A DNA stretch of 64,000 nucleotides, from the NCBI RefSeq assembly GCF_009914755.1, contig NC_060937.1; one strand, 5' to 3'. The position numbers and the translations under genes are program-made. Position 1 is the first letter of the stretch, and the number at the start of each line of letters is the position of its first letter. The notes beneath the pieces were generated by a model. The model was not told the DNA's origin. It saw nothing but the letters and a program-made list of their open reading frames with translations, and searched no databases. This document shows, piece after piece, positions 39,218-51,170 of this stretch. This DNA is from the human T2T-CHM13v2.0 reference genome, Homo sapiens.

Positions 39218-39640
39218 GCTGCTGCCGGTGCTGGCGTTGATGGGGGTGCTGGAAGCGACGCCGCCGCCAGCGCTGATGCCGCCGCCGCCGCCGCCGCTGC
39301 CGTTGCTCGCGGCCGCCAGGTTGGGGTTGCAGTTGCTGCCACCGCCGCCGCCGCCACCGCCGCCTCCGTTGCCGCTGCTGCCGCCGCCGCCTCCGCTGCC
39401 GCCGCCGCCGCCGCCGCCGCCGGTAGAGGTGACTGTGGCCGCCGCCGCCGCCGCCGAAGCGATGGGCTCCGGGCGGAACAGAGTTGGCCCAGAGGACGCC
39501 GGGGGTCCGATGGAAGGAGCCGGAGACGAAGTCGCCGAAGAGGTGGAGGTGGTGGTGCCAGAGGAGGAAGCAGACGTGGAGATTGGGGGTTGAGGGGGGA
39601 CCAGCTGGGTCGGAGGGATCAAAGCCGCCGGCACTGCCAT
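38793..39640 (-). CDS. DACH1: Dachshund homolog 1, coding part of exon 1 (848 nt, phase-2 donor)
   Basis: Translation MAVPAALIPPTQLVPPQPP...poly-Ala/Gly/Ser...ECKMVDLRGAKVASFTVEGCELICLPQAFDLFLKHLVGGLHTVYTKLKRLEITPVVCNVEQVRILRGLGAIQPGVNRCKLISRKDFETLYNDCTNA is the DACH1 N-terminus plus SKI/SNO/DAC domain. Strong Kozak (gaccATGG) at 39640. Canonical donor AG|GTGAGT at 38793/38792. The track ORF 38789..39883 over-extends to an upstream TTG and reads into the intron. Confidence 0.98.
39152..39223 (-). repeat. Coding (AGC)n repeat, 24 Ser codons with 4 AGT interruptions
   Basis: Plus strand (GCT)4 ACT (GCT)4 (ACT)2 (GCT)7 ACT (GCT)5, counted directly. Confidence 0.95.
39258..39456 (-). repeat. Coding GGC/GCG repeats (poly-Gly and poly-Ala tracts)
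   Basis: Several (GCC)n runs on the plus strand. The longest pure run is (GCC)8 at 39398-39421. Confidence 0.95.
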
Positions 39641-40063
39641 GGTCACATATAAGGGGAAACAGACGGAGGAGAAGCGAGAGGAAAAGTTGCCACACACCCC
39701 CGGGAGGGGAAGGGGAAAAAAGGGGGGAGAAGGAGCGAGGGGGGCAACAACAACTCCGGGAGAGAACGAGAAGGAGAAAGGGAGAGAAGGGGGAGAAAAG
39801 GAGGTGAAGGTAATAAAGAGCGAGCGCAAGAGGGGCGAGCACGAGAGGCGCTCTGGAGAGGAACGCACAAAAGTGTCCCGCAAGTCGAAATGCGAGTCCT
39901 CTCCGGGGGCTGGGATCGAGGGCTGGTTTGGGGGTGGGGGTGGGGCGGGGAGGGTCGGCTGTTGTTGTGTGGGTCTCGCTCTAGCACAAAGTTAAGGATG
40001 AAGGTGAAAAGGAGGAGGTTTGAAGGACTTGGGCTCTCCCTGGCAAGTACATTGATCAAAGAT
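39641..40063 (-). other. DACH1: DACH1 5' UTR (approximate; pyrimidine-rich leader)
   Basis: Contiguous with the start codon and inside the CpG island. The 5' boundary (~40063, ATCTTTGATCAATG...) is from my recollection of the reference mRNA and cannot be derived from the sequence alone. Confidence 0.65.
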
Positions 40064-43000
40064 TGAGAGGGGAATGACAGAGAGAAAATGAGCTGAAAAG
40101 TGCAGGCTGCCGGCTGGACGAGTTGTTGTTGTCACACGGTGCAGAGGGGAGGAGCTCCGGAAACTTGAAATACCCTTTGAAGCCGCAAAAACCTCACTCA
40201 CTAGTATTAACCCAAATTATCCAACCAGGAACTCGGAGCAGAGACTCCGAGAGCGCGAGACACTGGAGAGGGAGCGTGCGAGGAAAGGAGGAGGGGAGGG
40301 GGAGGATACGGAAAGAAACTGTGGGAGGGACGGAGAGGAAAAGCCGGGGACACAGAAGTGGCGATCGGAAAAGGAGAGGGAGATCATCTACTTCTCTCCT
40401 ACTACTACCGTTAGATTGCATGTCTCACATTCCATTTCGTCCGCGGGGACTGGTAATTTTTTCCAAAGCTTCTAAACAATCGCCCGCCAACTTAAAGAGG
40501 AGCCTGAGCGCGCCGAGCTCTCTCCTTCCAGGATTTAGGATCCATCTCCACGCGTTTTGGCAATGAGCTAGAAACGAAAACACAGCCCCCACTTCACGAT
40601 TATTCAGAAATTATTTTGAGGAAAATTCACATGTAAGCAAAGCGTAATGTTCTTTTGCATCTGATTGTTTATTTCTCTACTAAATTATTTGTTTATATAA
40701 AGATAGTGAAAATTCCAGGACAGTTTTCAAGTGGTGAGAAGAAAGTCAGTCCGAAATCGCTTAAGAATAATGGAAAGCTCTGTATTCAATTCCATATTTC
40801 CTAATAGGTTGTGGAAAGAAATGCTTGCCTTGATGTGGATGATTTAGAATAACTTCACTGTCTCCCCAAAAGCCAGTCAGAAATACCTGTTAAACCTAGA
40901 GCTATCAAGGAGATAAGGTATCCTTGAAGATTTAGAAAGTGGAAAAAGGGTTTTCTTACCCAAAACTCTATAATTAATTCACCTGTCTTACACAGTAACC
41001 AACTATCCTCATGTCCTTTAAGACCCAAAGCCAATTGCTAATGTGTTTTTTGGACAACACAATAGTTTTTTTTTTTTTTTTTTTTCATGTTTGAAAAGTG
41101 CTGCTGTAGTTTTGGAAAGTCCTTTTCAATTTGTCAGTAAATATATGTTTTGTAAATAATGGGAAGAAAAAAAACAAAGCTCACTAGTTGACTTGTAAAG
41201 ACTTGGGTAGCTGTGCTTAAAACAACATGAGGCTGAGTTTAGACTGACTCTATTCCTCCTTTCCTTCCTCTTTCCTTTTCTTTTCTTTTCTAACTTGTTG
41301 CACTGAAGTATTTATTCAAGGATTTTTGACTAACATATCATTTGAATATGGGTCAAATCTATTTGCTGCTCATGTCTCCAAGTATCTTCAATTAGTTAGC
41401 CTTTGAACCGGTCCACACATGTTCAGTAAGTTCATAAGATATGAAGCAATGCTTTAGCATTTGACAGATTTTTAAAATAAACTATTAGTAGCAGGTTCAC
41501 AGGGTTGGGAAATTTTATAATAAAATTTTTGCCATTCTGGTGTTGAAATGATCACATTTCTCTATATCATTTTAAGCCTTTGAACTCTGTGAATCGCAGT
41601 GTCAAATAGTGCAGGAACTGTCTACCGAAAAATAGAAATATGACACTATGGACTAATTAGTGTATGATTATACTAAAATTTTTGGGACATAGCAGTTAAA
41701 TCAGGAGGCTTTCCTGGGAGATAAGAATTCAGAAAATCGATTGTTGCAGAAAAGTCCATGAACTTCTGCAAGGACAACTAAAGTTTAAACAGTTGTTTGG
41801 CCTGGTTAACCAATGTATTGTAATACATTCAGAAATAATTTTTATTTATGTTTCAGTCTTCAAATTTGTTATGGGTAAAAGTAGGAATTCAATATATATC
41901 ACATACATCAAAACACTTCCTTAAGTATTTTTGCATGTTTTAGAAAATATTACTTTTTTAAGACATACCAAACTACCATTATAATGAGGGGAGGGGAGGA
42001 AGAAAGTATTAAGCCCTGAAAAGCTAATTTTATTTTCGAATTCTATGCCTAACTTTAATAAATTTTGATATGGTTTTAAAAGACTAAACTATAGTCTCAT
42101 TATTTTAAGTTCTAGACCCACAAATGGAAGAATGGGAATTAAATGCCGAGCATCTGCCATTACCATTCTCATTTTTTACATTTCCTTAAACTATCACTCA
42201 CCCAATACCTGCCACATTCGGAAGCTACAGACAGGAGGTAATGATAGCAGCCCAAGCCATAATCCCACCTTGCTTCGAAGCAAACTCCAAATTTTCTACT
42301 GCAGGGAAACCTTTGCCTCCGAGCACGTGCTCCACTCAGAAGCAGGGCTGAGAGACATTTGCCCCCACCTGAATAAGAGCTCTCCAGCCTTCCTTCTCCT
42401 GACCTCAGGTCTCAAAATCAGTTCAGGGAACCACCACTTACCCCTTCAATCAAACAATAGGATTAGAAAAGGCATATAGCACAAATTAAAATATGTAGGA
42501 AATAAAAGCCTTGAAAATTTTGAAGGTTTTATCTCTTTTTTCTTTCCTTTTTTTTTCTTTTTCTTTCTTTCTTTTTGAGAAATGTTGCCAATGAGTAAGG
42601 CAAACAGTTATTTAACAACAACAGATAAATCAACTTAGAGATTTTGAATTCTCACTCCATTGCATCTTTAGCTTTTAGAGCTTTTGTCTTGCTTGTTTAT
42701 TGTTTTACATCTCCGCTTGTTTCAGGTCCTCTCCATCTCATCTTCCCCAACCTTCACTCAATTTGCATAAGCAAAACTCAAAGTACTGTAACTGATATTA
42801 GAAAATTCTCCCTGTGTTTTGTGAAGACGTATTGTGCTGAAATCAATAAGACTGTTTAAAATTCAAAGACCTGCAAATCGTTCTGTTTGTCCTTTGATAG
42901 GGCCTGTGCTGATTAAAATGCTACCAAGAAAGCTTAATTGCTGCACTAATTAAGAAGTCTTTAATTTCTTTCCTAGGATATCGTTTGAAGCTTAGCTTGT

Positions 43001-46000
43001 ACCAGTTCAGGGAAGGTATTTTCTTCCCTCCCTCTGCCCCCTTCTGGCCCCTCCCCTCCCTTTTTCCCGTCCTCCCTTCCCCCACAACCCCCCCACCCCC
43101 CGCCCGACAATGAGATCCCTACGAATGGGAACTAACAGAGAGAGTGGTCTCAGGTCTTGCTATCTGTTACTTAACAAAAATCGGCACAGGATGCGGAGTT
43201 CAGTACAGTATGAAATGCAGTTTTGAGAAGAGCTGTAAGGTTGCAAGAGACAGTAAGAAAATACAAAGTAGCTGTTGCAGCTAAAGTCCCGCTGAATACC
43301 TGGATGACAACAGGCACTTTAGCCCAATGATGAGGGCATCCTATTTGGTTAAAAGGGGCAGTGACAGGGAAATGAAACAGGGACACATAAAAACATACTT
43401 TCAAAACCTGTGGTTTAAAAAAGAATAAATCTGTAGAAAGATGGACATAGAGTTGGGATTTGGTAAGTATCATTTTATTTTATGAGTATGAAAACATGAA
43501 TTCTATGGGGATTTATTTCTGACCCTTTTTATAACCCAGGGAAACACAGCACTGTATTACATCCATTCCATTCTTATCTATTGACCTATTTTATTCACTG
43601 ATTTCTCAAGTGGGGAAACTGACTAAATCATTTCACAAAGCTTTCTCTGTAATCAATAGTCATTTTTTAGGTTTATTCATGCTGCATTATAATTCTGGTA
43701 AATGACTGCAAAGCAGAAGATTGTAAGAAAGATACAAATATTGACAAAGCCAGGATAAGTCATGTCTTTAAACCTTCAGAGTTTCAATATAATTGATATC
43801 ATTATTTGAAAAAAGGGAAATGCATATTTCATAGCATATAAAAAACTAAAATGATGGAGTAACTTAAAGGCAATATATATCTGAATGTATTTCTTGAATA
43901 TCTCAAATTTTCCTAAAAGCTTTGAGTATCCTCTTTCTATAGCATCACTAAGTGAAACGGAAACAATTTGGGCATATGCAGAAATGACAAGAAGAAAAGA
44001 TTCATTGCAATTTTATTATTTTAATTTTTTCCCAAGTTCTCTTAGAGACATACACAAAAACATACAGATGCATATTCCAGATATAGAATGAATCCCTTTC
44101 AGTGACAGGACAAGGAGATAAAATGCTTAATAGATTCAAAAGGAGATTTACCATTCTAAGCACGACGTCACTCTAATTATGTTTACTCTAATTGAAAGCA
44201 GGGTTTTTTGGAATCTGAAATTACTTTCAGATTTTTTTTTAAATAATGCAAGTAGATCAAATGTTGATCACAAGCATTTCAATCTTTCAAAATGTATTGG
44301 AAAATTAAATGAAAAGTGGAGTTTGGTACAAACAATGCCCCAGGGCAAAAAACAACTAACACTAGATTTTCCAGTCCAGCCATAACACAAATCAATTTGA
44401 GCACACTTCTATGGCCAGACTGCCAGATTGTTATGACTGCTAATTCACTCAATCAAAGAGTGCATTAGCACACCCGGCACAAATAGCCTTAACAATAGAG
44501 TGCATTTCTCAACAATTCCAAGATATATCACAATGGAGAGGTAAAGAGGAAGATCATTTTTATATCTACATATTTACTAATGGACCTGTTTCCTTAGGAG
44601 AAAAAAAAAAAAAGATCAACTTCAAGCATAGGTTTATTAAAGAGCTATCAAAGTTTGGCAAATCTAAAAAGATATCAGGGTACCAGTAGTTCACTGACTT
44701 TGTTAAACGTTTCTCAGGAGAGAATCCAAAATTGATGTTTGCACTTCAGTAGTAAATCATTGAAGATGGAGAAATTATGCCAAGTGACTCTCTCAAGCCT
44801 TTTTAACTCAGACGCACTGCCTCCTCAATCAGCTCAGCAGATAAACCTCAACTACCTTAAGCAAAGACTTCCTTACTTTTACACTTTCAGTCTCTGTCTC
44901 CCCACTTTTCCTTCCAACTTCTGACTTTTGGTGACTCTTACTTCCATACCTTCCCTCTCTTTTCCACTGCCCTCCTTCTCCTCAAGAACAATATAAGACT
45001 TAAGGATGCATTCTCTAATCAAGCACAGAGAGCTTGGTGATGAATTACCCAAAGGACAAAAGGTAGGGAGCTGAAGGAGAACAGATCATAACTTGAAGCA
45101 CTCAACTTTATATTGCCAACTTTCATTCTTAATAAAGAAGTGGTTAAAATGGTTATAAATAGTTCTGCTCTGCTTTACACCATGGAAATGCGTGGACTGT
45201 GTATATATGCTTACTGAATGCATTGTAATTGTCTATTCACATTCACCTTACATAGTTCCCATAGACAAATGGTGCCATTTGGCACCACTGTTAGTCCCTC
45301 CCTAACCCATCCTCATCACCTTTTCTCCTGGTTCAGGATGAAGGTGACATATGGCAAAAAATACTCCACTGGTCATGGGGTATATTCTCAGAAATCTCTA
45401 AACTCAGATTGAAGAGAGAGGGTAGTGGCAAGAAGAATAGTTACACACAAAAAAAAATTCATCCTGGAATTGCTTCCCTCATTTCAAACTGCATCGCTTC
45501 TATGACACATGGTCAACTTTCCATGATAATGTAATTATCCTTTTCTATCACTACTTACTTCCAGTTAAGTGTCCTTAATTTCATCTGTAGGTTGGTATTA
45601 AGGGCTGCCCAGCCTACTGTTCAATTAAAAAAAATAAACACATTGAGATCATTGTAGAGTCAGATTGTAAAAGGAAGCAGCAACAAGAATAATATAAATT
45701 GAGATTAATCCCCTTCATCTCTTAAATCAGGTCATTGTGAGAGGAATGGTGCACTTGACTGAAATAAGGTCAAAAAGTCAGACAGATATTTAAATCCCTA
45801 GTTTTGTAATAAATATTGTACTTGTAACTGTACCTTTTAATATATGGCATTTTCTAATTGTCATATTCTTTTCTCTTTAAATAACCCAACACTCGCTTTC
45901 CTCTAAAGAAGATCAGCATGAAGGCATATGAATTGCTCAAGAGACTTAGTTGAGAGTGGGGAGAGGACGTATAATCTGTTATAGCATAAAAATATGTTTG

Positions 46001-46259
46001 ATATTGAAGCATAAATTACTCTGTAGTTTTTCAGCCTTAGGAGAAATGTATTTTACTTCATTATAAAAGTTTCTGTTGATTTTCTATATGCTTTGTTGTT
46101 TTAACTTATTATCTTGGTCCTTTTTCTTTCTCTATGCTCAAAAGAAGAGGTCATTGTCCAACAAATAGCCTATAAAAATTGTTTTATTTGAAGTCAGAAA
46201 TTTCATGGATTGTTAGAAAAGAATAAAGTGTTTATTTATTTATTGCCTTCCAGAACAAA

Positions 46260-46425
46260 GAGATTTTTTTAAAAAGTTGAAAGAAGAACAATTGCCACCT
46301 TCTAGCCTGAGATCTTGTATGTCAAGTTTCAGCCCAGAGCAAATTTTTACAACAAGTTATAAACCCCTGTAACAGAGGGTTTATTATAATGGAAGTGCTG
46401 ACACAACCTTAACTATAGCGTTGTA
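46260..46425. mobile_element. Ancient conserved repeat, MER121-like
   Basis: gcctgagatcttgtatgtcaagtttcagcccagagcaaatttttac…agttataaacccctg…gggtttat…tataatggaagtgctgacacaaccttaactatagcg resembles my recollection of the MER121 core. The family name is unverified. Confidence 0.45.
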
Positions 46426-49400
46426 AACGGCTATGCTATAATATCCATTAAGCAGAAAGAAAAATAAGCTGGCTGATCAATAATTTATACAAAGAGTACC
46501 AACTGCAGACATAATAACTGTAATGTTTGCAAAGCAATCTCTCTGCTCTCCAGGCTTAACAGTAAACGCAAACTAGCAATGCTGTTAATTTCCAACTCCT
46601 ACAGATAAGAATACAAACAAATTACTTAAAATTATATTTTGCTCAACATTTAGCATGCCTCGATGGGATAAAATAAAATTTAATTATGATGCAACTTGTG
46701 CCGGATGCAAAGCTGTTTTGTTTTCCAGCACATTTTATTATGAAAGGACATTCATTTGGAACATCAATTATGGGGAAATAGTATGTTTCAAGGAGTTGAC
46801 TTGGGTCAGGCAGGCTCTTCTAAGAGTTATTCAGACATGGAAACAGACTGACACTGTTTAACTTCAAAGAAAGTTACAGGGTTTTACAAAGCCACAACCT
46901 GAAATACAATACTGCATGCTCTGATCCAAGTCAACTGTCAGTAAAAACACACCTTGTCATTATAGTTTATGGGAAAAAAGACATTGGTTTGGAAAATGTG
47001 GCCATCATTAGCATCCAGTGCATCTAGGAGTGCTCATTTAACATGAGCTTCATTTGCATGGAAGCACAGTGTGTCATTTCTATCTAATAAACATAAATCA
47101 TAAAATGTGAGCATTATTTTCTTCTCTGGAAAGTTTTTAAAAATATATTTTAATAGCTGTCCATATTCATTAGTGCTCACTTTTTTAGTTTCTACATATG
47201 TGAAGTATGTTATTTTGATATTTTTGTTTTCATTGGTGGCTTTTAAACCAAGAAAAGAATATTTGACAGGAATTCAAGAAGGGAAGAGAAGAACTGAAGG
47301 ATTCCAAATTGTCCACTATGTACATACTGGAAGTTGAACCAAGAGTTTACATTTCTGAGGTTCACATCTCCATCAGTCTTTTTGTCTGTACATTTCCTGG
47401 TGGTGGGATTAGTGGGGGGTGTGGAACTCAGTAGAACGAAGAGACTTTGCTATCAGAGTTGTAAAATGGTGTATTACCCTGTGAGCAATTGCACTTGGAA
47501 AGGAACCAGTAATTTATATGAGAAGTGTTTAAGATTGCCTGCTCACCCAGTGATCCATGCCAGGTCAGTTCCAGTAATGCTAGAAAACAAAAGGAGGTAC
47601 ACATCACTGGGAAAGAGACACCTTATACGCCTTAAGAGCTTGTGAAGGGAAGCACTAAAATGCCATTTTCTCAAATGAACTGATCATTACCATTTAAAAT
47701 CCTGAGGGCTGTGGGACTGGGGAGGAGAGAAAGAATTTTTCTTTTGATTTAACAGGGCTCTGAAGTACTGGTTTTAAGGGGGAGGTGTTTTGTTGTGATT
47801 GTGTCTTAGCCCTATGCTTTAGCAAAGGTTAAATCTTGAAAAAAAGGTGCAGTTTTAAAACAATGAAATGGAAAAAGACACAATGGCTCTGAGAATGCAC
47901 CTGGCCCATGTGAAACTAAGAAATTAGCTGTTTTTAAAATAATCCGTACAAATAGTAATGCAACCGTCTACTACTAACATTCATGCCAGGCTCTAAATTG
48001 TTGGTGTTAGTATTTTACTTGAATAGATTTTCCCAGATCAACCCCTCACTCCTCCAGTTTTCAGGAGAAGGCTGGGATAATTATATAAAAAAGTACTTCC
48101 TAAGAATTCTTTACAGACTTCTTTATTCTTGCTTAGCACAATCCAAGTGCCAGCTCTTAGTATACCTCCTTTGGGGAGAGGTTTCAATACTGTCATCTTC
48201 AGGCACATGCTTTTCCCATATGCTTTAAAGTCATTTTAGTTTTTGAACCGGAGTTCCGTTCATTCACACATCCAGCATGTCTTCATAATATATTCTTTCA
48301 TATTTGGAGAAGAAACTAAATAAAATGACTATTCCTGACTAAGTCAGAATTTATAATTCACTGATTGGCTCAAGATGCCACACATCCAGGAATCTTTGCT
48401 GATTTATTCCTGTGTGTTGTAATAATTTTCACACTGCATTCTGATGGGAGAGACAATTATCTTATGTGTTTACACTTGTTGATATGTTTCTCTTCAGGTG
48501 GTCTCAAGTCATTTCTACTGCTTTTGATATCCACTATAATGATTAGGGCTTGTGGGGTGCCCAGTAAATGTTAGCTGGGTAATTAAAAACTGCTAGTATG
48601 CTATGCGATCCATTTTCTTTGCCCCCAAATTACATAAAATGCTCCTTCTCCAAATGATATATTGTTTGATTCAGAACAAGATATTGATAAGTAGCAAAAT
48701 TTTAGATATGCTCATTCAATTCTGTCCTAATATACAATGAATTTAGGACACTTCTTAGGGCAAAAAATCCGAAATGCTAAGAAACTGGGTCTGAAATAGC
48801 TGGAGAAAAGAATCGTAGGCCTGTAACTATGGCTTGTATTTGGGACCCATTTAGAAAAGAAACTTCTTTTCTTAGTCATCAGAGGAGCCATTAGAGAGTC
48901 TTCACCAAGACTGAAAATATAAGTGAGAGTACATCTTGAAGTGCTACTGCAGAGGAGGAAGAAAAGTAGATTCGTGTGTGAAATTCTACCTACCAAATGT
49001 GAGTAAGCGTGCATATGTGCAACAATTTGTAAAGTTGTTTACTATAACATCACCATCACTTTAACGTACATAGCAGTCTCTGTTATATAAAGCATACTTA
49101 TTTTTGTGCTCCGACCATATGCTAGTTGCTGAGGATGCAAAGGAGAAAAAGACATTCGTCCCTATCAGCCTTTACTGTACATTATTTCTGTTGAGTCTTA
49201 TTACCATAACATCATTGAAATTTTGTGTTAGTGGAGCCTGGAAGATCATCTAATCCTAACATTGCAGATCTCATGCTACCATTTCCCCTGTGACCATGTC
49301 AGACATCACAAATGGCTTTCCGATCCTTCCCCTCAAGATCTGAGGCAATCTCAGTAACACTGTCAGGATAGAACTGTAGTCTGCCTCTCACTGTGAGCTC

Positions 49401-50867
49401 AACAGATTCATCCCTATATATCACTCCTGATCTTGCAAAAGAGAAAATTGACAATTAGCAGTATATGAGAATGTCCCTTTGTACTCAACAGCTAGTTAAG
49501 GCTTAAGTCAGGTATTGGTTTAAAATCAAGTCCTCATTGATTTATTCTCCCAACTACCCTCAAAAAAAAACTTTCTGAGGTAAAAGGGGGAAATATTTTT
49601 ATTTCATTTCATATGTAAGAGAACTGAAAAAATAATAGAGAGGCACAGTTGGGTCTAAACTCATGATTCTCTGTTTCTATTTCTGTATAACAGATCTCAG
49701 AGTGCTCAAATAATAGAGCTACTGATGTGTTCTCAGTGGCTACTTAGATGAATGCACTGATATGCTACAGTGCAACATAATGGGGATGAAGGAAGCAAAC
49801 AAACAAAAAACTTGTGCAACTGTTATTTCAGGGACAAGACCTTTTGAGATCTTGAGAAATACTTCACTTGTATGTGATGTTAGAAAGTCAAACTGCACAA
49901 AGCCTTGTGGTTCTTTGACTTTCGTGATCTGGTTTCCTCTGGTTAGAAAATGGCAGCATCCACCAGTAAAAATCACCTACCTGTTGGAGTGTGCTGCAAA
50001 ATCAGGCAATGAGCCAGCAATTGAGCCAGCAGTTGATTCCATAAACACTTTTCTATAGTCTCTTACCAACCTCAGTCTGCTTTCCATATGGGACTATCCA
50101 GCCTCTTTCTCCGATCTTTTTTCATCCTGATTTCAAGAAAGGTCACTTTCTACTTGTTTCCCAGATGATTCAGGGATCACTCACAGCTCTTCCTAACAGA
50201 GCAATCGCATGCCCTCCTGCTGCCACATTTAAATTGTCTGAACTGCGTGGCTTGTTCATTTACTCTCCCTTTAGAGTGAAGCTGCAAAGTAAGGAAGACT
50301 TGAATGGCCTTGCATCTTCAAAGAAGTGCCTCGAGCTCTGGAATGCAACAAAGTGGTAGAAACCACTAAACACCGGGAAATGTCAACAATGAGGCGGGAA
50401 TGCATGGGCAGGTGGATGCAGCATTTCTAGGCATTTTCTCAGACAAGGCAACAAACTCAGCTGAACTAGAAAATGGGTCTTTTTCCCACAGAAACTAATT
50501 TAACTGATTTTTGAAACACATTGATAATAGCATTAGCATAAATTTAAATACATGCTTACCAGGCTGTTCTCTGTTATGTTTTTATGCAAGTGATTTGGTT
50601 GACAAATTAATAATTGTGATTACTAAAGAAGAACTAAATTTCCAATAATCTGAACATTTGGTCCTAATAGGAAGCTGTAGGCCTTGACTTCTTAAAGCAT
50701 TAAAAAAGATGTAAGGTCAAACTAATTTCAGTAGCTAAAATGCACTTATACTTAATTGTAGTATATTTCAAGCTAAACTTAAAAGAAAGCAGAAATGTAC
50801 CCAAATGTTTTATGCCTATAGTAGCAATTGGTAGTTAAATTACTTCTAAGCACCGAATATGAAATTC

Positions 50868-51170
50868 TATTTATATAATTAATATAATTTATATATTTAT
50901 TATATATATTTAAGTTATATCTATTATTTATATATATCTATAATTATATATATCTATAATTATATCTATATCTGTAATTTATATCTATATCTATATCTAA
51001 TTATAGATATATATCTATAATTTATATTATATATATAAATTATAGCTATAAATATATATATTTATATTATATTACATATAATATATAATATATAATATAT
51101 ATTTATATTATATTATATATAAATATAGTAAATATAAATATATAATTAAATATATAATTAATCTATAATT
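50868..51170. repeat. ~300-bp AT-rich degenerate (TA)n low-complexity tract
   Basis: Almost exclusively A/T, with TATATC subunits. Confidence 0.95.

Larger units (their letters stand above)
37300..40560. promoter_or_regulatory. CpG island / DACH1 promoter and exon 1
   Basis: Abrupt rise in GC and CpG density against AT-rich flanks. Spans the presumed TSS, exon 1 and first ~1.5 kb of the intron. Confidence 0.92.

Noticed and set aside
39096-39593. Antisense poly-Leu/poly-Pro ORF
   Set aside because: Mirror of the DACH1 trinucleotide repeats; no independent evidence of a gene.
39641-39883. 81-aa N-terminal extension of DACH1 from TTG at 39883
   Set aside because: The C/U-rich leader lacks stops in all frames for compositional reasons. 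The ATG at 39640 has a strong Kozak context and matches the known N-terminus.
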